A stretch of DNA of 64,000 nt from the human T2T-CHM13v2.0 reference genome, Homo sapiens: the NCBI RefSeq assembly GCF_009914755.1, contig NC_060927.1. The stretch is one strand, 5' to 3'. The translations under genes were made by a program, and so were the position numbers. The notes under the pieces are model-generated. The model had not been told where the DNA came from. It ran no database searches and saw only the letters and a list, made by a program, of their open reading frames with translations. Below are positions 12,330 through 27,274 of the stretch, in pieces. The first letter of the stretch is position 1. The number at the start of each line of letters is the position of its first letter.

Positions 12330-12574
12330 TGTCCACAGCACCAGCAGTTTCCACGATGCAGGTCACATTACTGAGTCACCTGTCAGTATGTCATCAAGCA
12401 CACCGAATTCTGAGCACTCACTTCCAAGTGTCTCTGGCTGTTCTGATTTCTAAAAGGCTCCTCTTATAGATTTATTGTGGGGTAGATACAGGACTTCCTG
12501 GCCTTCTGGCTTGAGAATCTTCTCCATATTTTAACAGGATTTGACACAGAAGCCTCAAGAAAAGAGATAGGAAT
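12330..12574 (+). repeat. Local inverted triplication, copy C
   Basis: Core 12499-12564 ~54/66 identical to reverse complement of B; TGTCATCAAGCACACC and GATTTCTAAA also shared. Confidence 0.85.
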
Positions 12575-12699
12575 TTGCCTTTTCAGTCTACCCCAAAAGA
12601 TTTTTTTCTCTTAATTTATCCCTCAAAATCAGCCAGGAACTCCTAGGCCAGCACGCTTCAGAAGACCTGTCCCCTTGGCTTCTAGGGAATGCAGTAGGA

Positions 12700-13900
12700 T
12701 TGCTAGAGAACCAGGGCTAGGGGCCCAGCACTAGATTTCCTCCTGCAGGAAAACAGCTTGGGTCTGCTCTGTCAGGCCCTGGAAGCCCTCCAGTACAACT
12801 CAGACTCAGGTACAACTCCACAAGCTCTGCTTCCTTCCTGGAACAAGTTCCATGCTTGGCAGGGCAAAGTTGCCGCAGAAACAGGGCTTTCATCCTTACC
12901 TGGTCTGGCTGCAGGACATAATTCCTCTAGAGAAACAGCAGCATGCCAACAGCCTGGCCCAGCCCCTGAGTCTGGCCCAGGGCCTCAGAGCACTCTGCCT
13001 ACAGCCCCCAAAGCCACTGTTACTGACCCCAGAACTATATTGCCTCCTAGGGTTCCTGGAATCAGCTGGGCTTCCTGTGAGCATGTGCAGTTGGACTAGA
13101 CCCTCCAAGATCTGGTCTGGTCCTCGGAGTGAGAGGCAGAGCCTAGGGAGACTTCCTTATCAGTTCTCCAGTGTCCAGTTCTCTAGCACTGTCCAGTTCT
13201 ATACCTGGATCTATTCTAATTTCTAAGAAGCCAATTGCTCCTCCTTGGAATTCCCCTACGATAAAACCTGGCTGCAGTCTAGTACTTTGGTGTGGGAAGC
13301 AAGTTAGCTGTCTGCTGCATCCCAGGACCCACCAAGGCACAGAGTTATGTGCCAAACCCAGCTTCCCCTGGAGGACCCCAGAGCCACCTGACTGACAGAG
13401 TGGTGGCTGAGGAAAATAGGGTGACTGGTAGTATGTGTCAGTCAGGTGGACTAAGAAGTCACAGGGTAAGGCAATCACAGACAGCCAGGACATTTCAGAA
13501 GCAAAAGACAGCCCAGCAGTGGACCAGCAAGCCTGGAGTCAGGAGCTAAGCCCCAGCTCTCAATCAGCTTTGGCAGCCAGACAACAGTATCTGGGGACAC
13601 AGAAAGGGGCGGGCAAGATCAAGGGCAAGGCAGAGACACACTGGAAGACCGGGGGCTCAGGCAGGGGTCCCTCAGCAGCAGGAATGAAAGAGTGGCCAGA
13701 GTAGAGCCTGGGGCTCAGCAGAAGTTTCTTAATTCCCTTTAGACTGAGAACAGAATTGTCCTGGAAACCTCCTGGGTCTATGAGAATGTGACAAAGAGTC
13801 CCCGCCCATGAAGAGAAAAGGGCTTCATGTGATTCCAGCTGACAGAGGGGAGAATCAGACCTGCAGAGAAAGAATGACACTCTTTCTTGTTCCCATCTAA
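12700..13900. mobile_element. Possible ancient LTR-like sequence (family not resolved)
   Basis: GC-balanced LTR-like texture with ATAAAACC near 13261; no confident consensus match. Confidence 0.25.
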
Positions 13901-14099
13901 GGCCCCTGACCTGAATTAGCCATGAAGGGCTTGAGTTCTCCAGGAAACCTGCATAGAGAGAGGTCTTTTCATCCTCAGGAAGAACAGCACCTCAGAAACC
14001 CTTCTTGCCACCTGGTCTTTTAAGGGTAAAAGTACCGGAGACTGTCAGAATTGTGGGGCAAATACCACCCCAAATGTGGAATTATACAAACTGGGATGA

Positions 14100-14540
14100 T
14101 AAAGGGAAAATGCTCTCTTGTTTTTAAGATCATAGAACTTCTACACCCAAATGAACTCTGTCCCCCAAAAGCTTATCACCAGGAGATAATATGTGTATGG
14201 CTTTCCAGAGTAATGCTTTTTGGCAAAAAGCATTTTTGGGCATCCTGGGAATTCAATTGGAAATATATTAATCCCATACATATATCAGTTTAAGGAGAGT
14301 TGACTTTTTTATTGTGTTGAGCAAAAGTAAGTAATGCTTTTGGGCAAAAGCATTACTCTCCACATCTTACACCCTGGTGATGCCATTGCTGGAGATGTTT
14401 TGAGACTCCTCCTATGGAGGCCTTCAGAGACCATTTACAAGGCGCCAGGGAACCAGCAGCAGCATCATAAAACCACACCTTGCTTTTGACCAAGAATGGT
14501 ATTATTATCCACTATATTAGTCAGGATCAGGACCAGAAAG
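14100..14540. mobile_element. MARNA (mariner) fragment with complex internal insertion
   Basis: TCACCAGGAG...TGCCATTGCTGGAGATGTTTTGAGACTCCTCC...GCCTTCAGAG...TTTTGACCAAGAATGGTATT resemble MARNA; a homologous copy lies at 48.8-49.1 kb. Confidence 0.7.
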
Positions 14541-14559
14541 CCAAATCAAACCAGCTTTC

Positions 14560-17903
<3,344 letters not shown>

Positions 17904-17989
17904 ACTGGAACACTTTCATCCATTTTGTCTTATTTCTATGCATTTTAAAACACTTGAGAAATTTCTGTATATACAATTCTGCTTTTTAA

Positions 17990-18290
17990 AAACTTACCCT
18001 TATAAATATGATTTTAAGGGTTACAGAATATTCTATTAAGTTGATATCATGTAATTTCTTAGCCATTTTCTTCTTTATCATTTGATTTGTTTCCAACATT
18101 TAATTGTGTAGTTCCTTAGCCCTTCTCTTAATGAACATGTGGCTTGTTTCCAAGGGTCTACCAATGTAAGTATCACTATAATTAACATCTCTGTGCATAA
18201 AATTTTATTTCCTTACTTGGGAGTTATTTTTTCAGTATAAATTCCTATAAATTGAGTTACTAAGTTAAAAGGTAAGGGCATTTATTGCAC
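17990..18290 (-). mobile_element. L1ME-like 3' fragment
   Basis: GAACATGTGGCTTGTTTCC...TATAAATTCCTATAAATTGAGTTACTAAGTTAAAAGGTA antisense L1M 3' UTR pattern. Confidence 0.6.
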
Positions 18291-18699
18291 ATTGTATATT
18301 TTTAAGGGATGGTTTGGAATATATCTAAGAGAAGCATTAATGGAAACTTGCCTATAGTATTTGGATTCAGAGGGGCCCAAATTCCCTCACTCCCATTTCA
18401 CTTTGAGATTGAGAACATCACCAGCCTAATTTAAACAGATGTGACTGTCATGGTCCTTCTGCAGGGGTCCTTTACCAACGTTCAAGTCAGGAATTAGTTA
18501 TTAGTGTTTGTCTTAGCATGTTACCTCCAAGGAATGATCAGCAAATCTTTTGTTACCCCACTACCATGTTTCTTATCTTCACTGGGGTGTATATTCTAGC
18601 AATAAATCATTTTCAAGTATTTATATGTGCTATGGTTATATGTGCTTTATGTATAAAGTTCTTATAGCTTCCATCAGTCACTAAAAAATGAGGGCTACA

Positions 18700-18870
18700 T
18701 CTGTGCTGTTCAAATCAGTAGCTACTAGCCACATGTTGCTAAATTTAAATGAATTAAAATTAAAATTTTGAGTTCTCATTTGCACTCACCAGGCTTCAAG
18801 TGCTCAATAGCCACATGTGCCTCATGGCTAGTGTGTTGGACAGTGTGTGGTTCTATTGGATAGTGCTGCT
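18700..18870. mobile_element. MER3 hAT-Charlie MITE
   Basis: GTAGCTACTAGCCACATG...TCAAGTGCTCAATAGCCACATGTG...TTCTATTGGATAGTGCTG. Confidence 0.85.
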
Positions 18871-19487
18871 GAAACAATTCCTCTTTGGCCTCAGCTGTCA
18901 CAGAGAACCTGTGTTTCATAATTACCTTTCCACGACTCAGTTCAGATTTGAAGTGAAGTACATCCTCCTGCTCATCGAAGACACAAAGGAGCACCCCACC
19001 TGAGGAGGCTGATGGTGACTAGAATCATGTACAGTCACTGAGGACTCACTAGGCACCAGGCACCCCACTAAACACATCTACCTCCCAACAACCCCCAGGC
19101 ATGGGTACTACTTTACACATAATGAAAAATTCTGGGAAGAAAATTCTTCCATTCAATCTAAGTAATTTCTTGGGAAAGAATGCTTTAATATGCTGCTCAG
19201 GACACAGGGTGAGCCTCTGCAGTGGTACCCAAGGAATAAAACGTACTCATCAGATTGCTCTATAATCATTTAATTTTCCGAGGCGGGGGCAGAGGATAGA
19301 AAAAGGTATCTATCAGGGGAATGGAAGCATGAAGCACGTGTGGAGCTCCTCAGTCTCTTTGAAAAGACTCATGTGATGTAGGAAGGACCCTTGGTTGCTT
19401 TTCTCCACACAGACCTGCAGGCAGCAGGGCAAGGAAAAAGGAGAGACATGCGGACTGGTGTCTCCCACACGAGAGTCAGAAAAACAT

Positions 19488-19600
19488 CGGTTCAATATTG
19501 GATTCTATCTCTCACTGGCTGTGAGAGCTCATTCAAGCCTCAGTATTCCAACCTGCAGTATGGGGAGAATACCACATAACATGGACGTTTGCCTGAGGCC
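19488..19600 (+). mobile_element. MIR fragment
   Basis: GGTTCAATATTGG...CTGGCTGTGAG...GCCTCAGTATTCCAACCTGCAGTATGGGG. Confidence 0.55.
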
Positions 19601-20229
19601 TGAATTGAAGGAGAGAGACAAAGGCTTCATCAGTGCTTCCTCCCAGGTCAACTCGGGCTGCATGCCCCCGTGACCAGACTGACACAGGTGGCACTTTCAC
19701 CCCACGGCCAACTGATACAGAGCTACACAGCATTAAGGAGGGGCTTATCTGTGCTCCCTGAGAAGGAAAGGGTGGGCTCCCCTAGCCTAGGGCTGCTGGC
19801 TCACCCTGGGCTCCTGGGAGAGGAGACAGGTTAAAGTCAGACGGCACTTTGGGTCCTCCCAGGATCTTGCTGCCAGACCCTCAGAGTGGAGGAGATGATG
19901 GAAACTCATAGCCCCTTGAACTGCTCGATGCTGCCAAGAAGCAGCAAGGTGTAGCATCTTTGCAATTCTGTATGCAGCGGAGTGGGAGCTCCAGCACTCC
20001 CTGAGATATTGAGCTTTAAACCTGTCACAGTAAATAGTCAGGAATTAATACACCAACTCCTCAGCTCTGGCAGTGCAATTTGCCATCTAAATTGTTACCT
20101 TCACCAGAACGGTACATAAACAAAGTCAGCAGGTTGCAGGAACTTTTCAGCAGACATGGTGAAACTTGTTCTTCCCTAAGAAGAGAGAGGGAGGAGTAGG
20201 GAAAGGGAGTTGACATGTCACACATCCCT

Positions 20230-20420
20230 GTGGTGTGCCAAGCAGTGAGCTGGTGCTTAGCAGGCACTGCCTCTTTTATCTTTACAACCCCCTGTGAGGG
20301 AGGGATTATCATTCTCATCCTGCCAGTGAAAAAAGTGAAGGTCAGAGTCATCTGCCCAAGGTCACTAAGCTGGTAAGTCAAAGAGCCACCCTCAGCCCCA
20401 ATGGTTCTGACCCAAGATTC
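20230..20420 (-). mobile_element. MIR SINE
   Basis: TTACAACCCCCTGTGAGG...ATTATCATTCTCATC...TGCCCAAGGTCACTAAGCTGGTAAG. Confidence 0.8.
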
Positions 20421-20514
20421 ATGCTACACTACTGAATCAGGTCTTCAAACAGTTCCCGGAGATAGGAGTCAATATATAGCACGCCAGCTGTTCTGCAGTG
20501 AAGTGGAACTGTGG

Positions 20515-20960
20515 ACAGAGCTCTGCCCAGACCCCAGGGACCTTCCTTTTAACCTTTCTGTGCACCCTGTCACCAACTGCTGTGTTGCTTCACTTCTAAC
20601 AGCCACATGTACCTCTCCCTTAAGAGGACTGACTGTCTAAGGGCTGCAGCAGCACTCTGCCCACATGAGCAAAAACCTGGAAGTGCCTGGAGGCCCTTGG
20701 ACAAAGAATGACTGTTTGGGGATTATGAAAGCATAGCTCCATTGCCTGCAGTCAGGACACACTCTGAGGTGTGACACTTTCCAGAGCACCCTGTAGGACC
20801 AGGTAGAGGCTGGGACTCTGCCTAGGATCACCTTGTGAGGTTTCCCACTCTGCCTTGCTTCCCCATCCCTTCGGTTGCTTCTGGATGCACCTCCTTAATA
20901 AATCAGTTTTCTGTGGATGCCTGTCTCAGGGTCTGTTTCTGATAAACCTACCCTAAGACA
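20515..20960 (+). mobile_element. LTR16-family ERVL LTR
   Basis: GGACACACTCTGAGGTGTG...TTAATAAATCA...CTCAGGGTCTGTTTCTGATAAACCTACCCTAAGACA end. Confidence 0.8.
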
Positions 20961-21505
20961 GAGTATTTCCTTACTGAAGGGAACCAATTTGTATGTGGGA
21001 CAGGGTTGACTTAACAACCCAGGCTTCTTATTCTCTATCAATAAGTTTCTTGAGTCCAGTACTTCTCTTTCAGCGTCCATCAAAGTGTTAGCAAATGAAT
21101 CTCTAACCTACTGATACAACAGAAATAGTTTTGGAGGTATAATGGGTCAAATTTTGAACCAAAATTCCAAAAGTACATATTTAAATCCTGTTCCAAAAAA
21201 GTGTTTTTTCTCTACAAAGAGATCTTAATATGACTGGCATGATGCCTTCAACCAGCTTAGGGTACAAAACAGTCATATTCCTTCTATTTTTCAATCACTC
21301 AAGTCCCACCTTATCTGGAAATAAAATTCCTCCTTTGGCCTTTCTCTAACCCCATCTCCCAATATTCCTGGGCCTTACTCAGACTTAGGAAGTCAATCCT
21401 GCTTCCAAATGCCTGGTAGAGTGAAAACACGAATCTGCTCAGCTCCCACTCCTATTATGGTTTCTGTGGCTGCCACATGGTGACACCATTAAAAATGGGT
21501 TCTGC

Positions 21506-21800
21506 GGCCGGGTGCAGGGGCTCACATCTGTAATCCTAGCACTTTAGTGGGCCGAGGCAGGAGATTTGCTTGAGGCCAAGAGTTCAAGACAAGCCTGGGC
21601 AACATAGTGAGACCCTATCTCTACAAAAAAAAAAAGAAAAAAAAATAGCCCGGCATTGTAGCACACACCTGTATTCCTAGCTACTCAGGAAGCTGAGGCA
21701 GGAGGATCCATTGAGCCCAAGAGTGTGAGGCTGCAGTGAGCTATGATCACACCATTATACTCCAGCCTGGGTGACTAAGACCCTGCCTCTAATAAAAAAG
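21506..21800 (+). mobile_element. AluJ
   Basis: Dimer with J diagnostics (CAACATAGTGAGACCC, GAGGCTGCAGTGAGCTATGATC). Confidence 0.95.
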
Positions 21801-21968
21801 AAAGAAAAAGAAGAAAGAAAGGAAAGGAAGGAAGAAGGAAGGAAGGAAAAAAAGGAAGGAAGGAAGGAAAGAAAGAAAAAAAGAAAGAAAGAGAAAGAAA
21901 AAAGAAAGAAAGAGGGAGGGAGGGAGGGAGGAAGGCAAGGAAGAAAGGAAACAGAAAGAAAGAGAAGA
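21794..21968 (+). repeat. GA-rich (GAAA/GGAA/GGGA) low-complexity tract
   Basis: Almost purine-only ~175 bp expansion of the Alu tail. Confidence 0.95.
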
Positions 21969-22557
21969 GTTCCTTCAGACTTGCATGGATGCTCCTCCTC
22001 TAGGGTCAGAGCCACAGTGCTCAGCTGCAGCCCAACTCTTAAGAGCGCTGTTCTCATACAGTCACATGACTGAAGGATACAACCAATGTCATATGCAGCT
22101 GGTCCAGCTGTGCACAGAAGCCTCTCCTGTATAGGCCTCTGCACAGTCTGTGTTGCCCCAGCTTGGGCTGCAGGGTTGCAGTTCTTTTGATTGACATCCA
22201 CATGATCAGCCAGTTCCATATGCACAGCTGGAAGACCATCCAGCCACAGCTCTCCTCCCTATCTCGGCCCTAGCTCTTGCCCCACTCCCTGTACCCCCAC
22301 ACACCAGCCTCTAGTCCCTGCTGGTGAGCCTGGCTCACCAGCCCAGGCCTCCTTCCTCCCTGGTGTGTTCGCCTTTGGGCTTCTTGACGTCCTCCTGCCA
22401 GGGAGCCTCAGTCAGGATAATCCAGTGTACCAGAGAGGTCCTAATGCCTCAGAACATTAACAGCTTGGGGTACCCCACCAGTCACATCCCCTCCATTCTC
22501 CTCTATTCTTCACTCACTCAACTTCCATCTTCCTACCTCCCCTCCCAGGAAGCCTAA

Positions 22558-22947
22558 TGATATGGGCTGAATAGTGTCCCTGTAAAATTCACATGCTAAA
22601 GTCCTAACCCCAGTACCTCAGAATGTGACCCTGCTTGGAGATATGGCCTTTAAGAAGGTAACTCCGGTAAAATTAGGTCATATGGGTGGGCCCTAATCCA
22701 ATAGGACTGGCTCCCTTATAAGAAGAGGAGATTAGGACACAGACACACAGAGAGGGAACACCGTGTGAAGACACAGGGAGATGAGGATGGCCTCTGCAAG
22801 CCAAGGAGAAAGACCTCAGAGGAAACCAACACTGCCGGCACCTTGATGTTGGCCTTGTAGCCTCCATAACTGTGAAAAAATTAATTTCTATGGTTTTAGC
22901 CACACAGTCTGTGGTACTTTATTATGGCATCCTGGCAAACTAATACA
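22558..22947 (+). mobile_element. MLT1B MaLR LTR (full length)
   Basis: TGATATGGGCTGAAT...CCCAGTACCTCAGAATGTGACC...GGCAAACTAATACA. Confidence 0.9.
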
Positions 22948-24394
22948 AAGCCCCTTGCAAACTTCCCCACCATCCCTCCTTCCAGCTCTGCCTCCCAAGG
23001 GATATTAGGAAGAGCCAGCTTTGTTCAGGCACAAGAGGTGTCCTCCCTTCCCCGAGGGCAGTGGTGGCCTCCTCATCTTACATGTTAATGACAAAAAGGA
23101 GCCATTCTCATTTACAAGGTAACTTCCTGCATCCCCCAGCCAGAGAAGACACTGTAGGCTTCTTCTACTACAACGTTTCACTACCATAATTGAACCCACC
23201 CAGCTACCCGCACTGACTCCCAAACTCAGGTCTGTGAGCTTTTGTTCTTGCCTTGCACTGTAAGCAAACGTTGGTCCTCCCAATGCTATGGCATGGTAAT
23301 GACACCACTTAATTCTCTATTTCACTCTCTAGAATTGGTGAGGGAATATACAGAATGTTATTTTTCAAAAAAATTTTAGCTGCCTGGAAGGAAGTCTCTG
23401 CTCTCATACATAGAAAAGTAACAGGAATATTATCTCCCTCATGTGCAGAGCTACCTTGAGTGCCTAAGGGACTTCCCCAGAGAGATCCAAAGCAACACTG
23501 GGTCCCTGAGATGGGAGTCACTGCTAATTTGGTTCCCTGGGTCACATAGAACTGGAAGGAGGTGGCATAGGGAGAAGGAGGCTGGTATTTTCTCTCTGCT
23601 CACAGGACTGCTCTACACTTTACATTTCCCAAAGGCCATAATTATTTCCCGGAGAAGAAATTCAAATGACCCAGATAGTTAATTCAGTGAGATTGGCCCA
23701 GAAAGTATTTACCTAAAAGGCAGTTTTGTCGAAAAGAACGTCACAACATAGTCAGGGCTTGCTCTCATTGCCCGAAAAATGCAGGGGCCAGATCCAAGGC
23801 TGTAAGCCTAATAATTAGAGAGGGCAGGAGGTTCTGGAGTTTGGAAGGCAGAGACAGGAAGGGAGAGTCAGAGAGAGGGAGGCAGAGTGTGAAGGCAGGA
23901 GGGAACAAGAATGAACGAGAGAAACAGAGAGAGATTGTCTTGCCAGCCACTCAACACAATGACCAGCTCAGGGGCTATCCATGATGCACCTGGATCCTAG
24001 AAGTTCCCTCTGCAAGGAAAAAAGTAGAAAAGCAGAGAAGCTTATCTTTGGCTGCCTCCATCTCCCTTTTCATGCTCATCACTGACCAGCTAGAACCATG
24101 TTTTTCTTCCTCCAAGGCCCCAGGTTCTCCTCCCACCATGACTGAGCAGCAACTTCACATTATCCCCTGCTGTTATCCCTAGTCCAAACACTAATTCCCT
24201 TAGTATAATACAAAGAGCTCAGCTTTGAGTCAGGAAGGCACTTGCTGGTGGAATTAACTAACACAGATGCTGTGTGTCCAGCACCATGCTCAGGATTAGA
24301 CATGAGCTGACTACATTGCCATTGTACAAATAAGAAAACGGAGTGGCAGGTGCTCTACGGAAGCGTGATGATCTCAGCACAAGGCATTCCACTG

Positions 24395-24575
24395 GACGTA
24401 ATAAAAGCAAATACTCATTAAGCAGTTACTACGTGCCAGGAACTGTGCTAAGGCCTTTGTTGGAAATTATTTCATTAAATTCATGTTTAAAAAAAAAAGT
24501 AAGTATAATTATTATCTCCATGCTATAGATAAGGAAATTAGGAAAAAAGCCAGGACTTAAACCCAGGTTTAATCA
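24395..24575 (-). mobile_element. MIR SINE
   Basis: TTACTACGTGCCAGGAACTGTGCTAAG...ATTATCTCCATGCTATAGATAAGGAAA. Confidence 0.75.
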
Positions 24576-25396
24576 CCGTGCCATTAATGAGCACATTACT
24601 AGGCCTCTTTGTGCAGGAAAATGTTGCAACAGATTGTCAAGGTCCTTTTCTCCACCCTCTCATCCCTGTCCAATGAACAACCCCAGGCAGCTACCAACAA
24701 ATTGACCTTCAACCCCTGAACTCAATGATAGGTCTTCGAAACAGCCAGAGTTGAGTTACATGGGGTTAGAAAGGCTGTGCTTATGGAGAGTGACTCTGTC
24801 GTTCGTGTAGCTATGGCATGGTTTGCACTCTTGGGGAAGGGGCTTTACCTGCTTAATAACCCTGACCTCTACCCACCCTGCACTCTTCCCTGATTGGATG
24901 AGGTCGAAAAAAGCTACTGAGAAGTTCTTGTGTCTTTGGGCTCTGGCAGCCTGCAGGAGACCTGCATTCTTCCCTGCTCCCCAAATGTAGGGTCGGCCCC
25001 CACCTGGGGAGGACTGCAATGGTTCAGCAAAGCCTGCTTGAGATGTAAGTCTGTCTAATCATAAGTTTGGTATTTTGATATCCACAGTTGCCACATAGCT
25101 AAGGTTCATTCTCTACCATCAGCTTTGCTGGTGAGGATGCTGATTTTCCGTTGTCAATCCAGAGGCTTTCTAGATCTGCCTCAGTGATTCAGAATCCAGG
25201 TGGAGAAGAGACATGCTATACACTGGACTCTCTCAAATTCCAACAACAGAAGTTGTTTTGTACAGAGCAAGAATGGCAAATGGGCTGAGTAAAACTAAGG
25301 GAGCCCTAAAAGAGTTAGACTAGTTCTAGGTGCAAATGTCAGTACATAGTCCAACCAATGAGAGTTCAATGACTCAAGATTAAAAAAAAAAAAACA

Positions 25397-25695
25397 GGCA
25401 AAGCAGTGGCTCACAACTATAATCCCAGTGTTGGGAGGCCGAGGCAGGAGGATTGCTTGAGCCCAAGAGTTAGAGACCTCCCTGAGCAATATAGCCAGAC
25501 TCCGTCTCAACAACAACAAAATTAGCCAGATATGGTGGCACACACCTGTAGTCCCAGCCATTCAGAAGGCTGAGGCAGAAGGATAGCGTGAGCTCAGAAG
25601 TTCAAGGCTATAGTGAGCTATGATCACACCACTGCACTCCAGCCTGGGGACAGAGTGAGATCATGTCTCCAAATAAAAAATAAAGATAAATTAAA
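25397..25695 (+). mobile_element. AluJ
   Basis: Dimer with J diagnostics and A-rich tail. Confidence 0.95.
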
Positions 25696-26004
25696 AAGCA
25701 CTTTCTACTGTCCCATTACTTGAGTCACAATATTTCAATGCATGCAAAAGTATATATAGGTATTTATCCAAATAGGTAGCTATCTCAGGTGGGTAGGCAT
25801 ATAGGAATTGTGAATTTAGTTTCATTTTTTTCATTTCTTAGGATTTAGAGTCTATTTATGTGATATTTGAGGATCCTGCTTCCATGGACTGACATTCTTG
25901 CAAGCCCAAGCACAGAGCTGACTCTGCCAGCATCTTTTCCAGTTCTACCCCACCTATGAGAACCCTAAGAGTTAGGGACCACACAGGACAGATCAACCCT
26001 CTTT

Positions 26005-26120
26005 GTGATCCTGGCTGTGCCACTTATCACATTCAGCCTGTTTCCTCCTCTGGAAAAGAAAAATAGCAGGACGTCCCTTGCAAGGTATTTTTGAGGACTA
26101 ATTGATAAGTGCAAACAATT
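26005..26120 (+). mobile_element. MIR fragment
   Basis: GATCCTGGCTGTGCCACTTA...CTGTTTCCTCCTCTGGAAAA. Confidence 0.55.
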
Positions 26121-26409
26121 TCTGAATGTTTATAGTCTTAGTTTGAAGGAATAAAACTTAAGTGGAGTTAAAGATAAAGGGCAAAAAGACCAATGAGAGA
26201 AAAGGGGCTAGAGACCATGTGGGGATTTAGTGGATTTAGTGCAGCTTGGAGGAAAGCCCCTGGGCAAAACAAGATTAACTTCTACAATCTTCTCCAGATT
26301 CTGAGAATGCACCAGATCACGGAGCCTAAGACCAATGTCTTGGTATTTGGCCTACACCTTACCACACAATCGTGCATTAAAAGCATAGCTCAGGGTCAAC
26401 AGGACCCCC

Positions 26410-26535
26410 TGGTTTCCTGTGTGTCAGTCTGGCCTTCCCAGTCAGAACACAAGCTCCTTGTCTCACACGGGGCGTCTCTGTGTGCCCCGCAGCCCTGGGT
26501 GCAGAGCAGACCCTCAATAAATATTTGCAGATTGT
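26410..26535 (+). mobile_element. L2 3' tail fragment
   Basis: AAGCTCCTTG...GCAGACCCTCAATAAATATTTG. Confidence 0.6.
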
Positions 26536-26899
26536 CTGCTGGGAACGAGGCCTGACTTACTCCAGCTGCATCACAGACCTTCTGCCACCTCTGGGGCCCG
26601 TGGCTGCCTTTCAGACCTCAATGATACAGACGAAATGTGATTGCTACCAACTGTGGATAAAATAACCGTTTCCTTATACTCCAAGGGGAGAAAAAGCCAA
26701 GGTAGAGGCCTGGAAGGCTGTGGTGGCCACTGCAACAGGGCCCATGTGAATATCACAGACCTTCCATTTCTGTGACATAGGGAAAGGTCAGGTGAATGCT
26801 GACTTTTCTGGCTGGCTGGGGCATTACCAGGGCAGTGCAGCAGGGCCCATAGGAGAAAAAAATGGATGGGAGGACAGGAAGTCACCAAAGAGCCCTGCA

Positions 26900-27240
26900 T
26901 TCTGCAATGATGTGGCGCTCTGACCACGCCCAGCCGCCCAGCAGCTCCAGCGAGGAAACAACTTCCTTTTGTGGTCTGACCCTGGCTGGCCGCCAGGGCT
27001 TCAACAAGAGCCTTGTGATGTGCACTTTTGAAATGTGTTGGTGGTGCGGAATGGCATGTCTAACTCGTGTTTAGTGCCCTTCAGCGTTTACGTCTCTTTC
27101 CCACGCCCACTGACGCAGACTGGCTGCATGTGGGGAGCTGGGGTGGCCGGCCAACCCAATGCCTGACCTTGTGGCCGGGGCACTTGAGACACGCTTCCTT
27201 TTCCCCTAAACCTGGCCTCAGTCAGGCCAAGGGTACGGCT
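26900..27240. promoter_or_regulatory. Candidate enhancer (CpG-retaining, motif-dense, repeat-free)
   Basis: 15 CpGs in ~325 bp; KLF CCACGCCC x2, inverted ETS pair, RUNX TGTGGT, TEAD GGAATG; function inferred only. Confidence 0.4.
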
Positions 27241-27274
27241 CCCTGAAAGGACAAAGAAAAGAGAAAAGGAAGCC

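Noticed and set aside
13161-13200. Three CAGTTCT units spaced 14-19 bp apart
   Set aside because: Too short for an array; ordinary degenerate minisatellite, not CRISPR-like
21755-22225. K/E/R-rich and F/S/L-rich ORFs
   Set aside because: Translation of the GA-rich simple repeat
26582-26598. CTCF-like motif (also near 14005 and 54045)
   Set aside because: Only partial matches (about 10-11/14) to the core, with key 5' positions wrong
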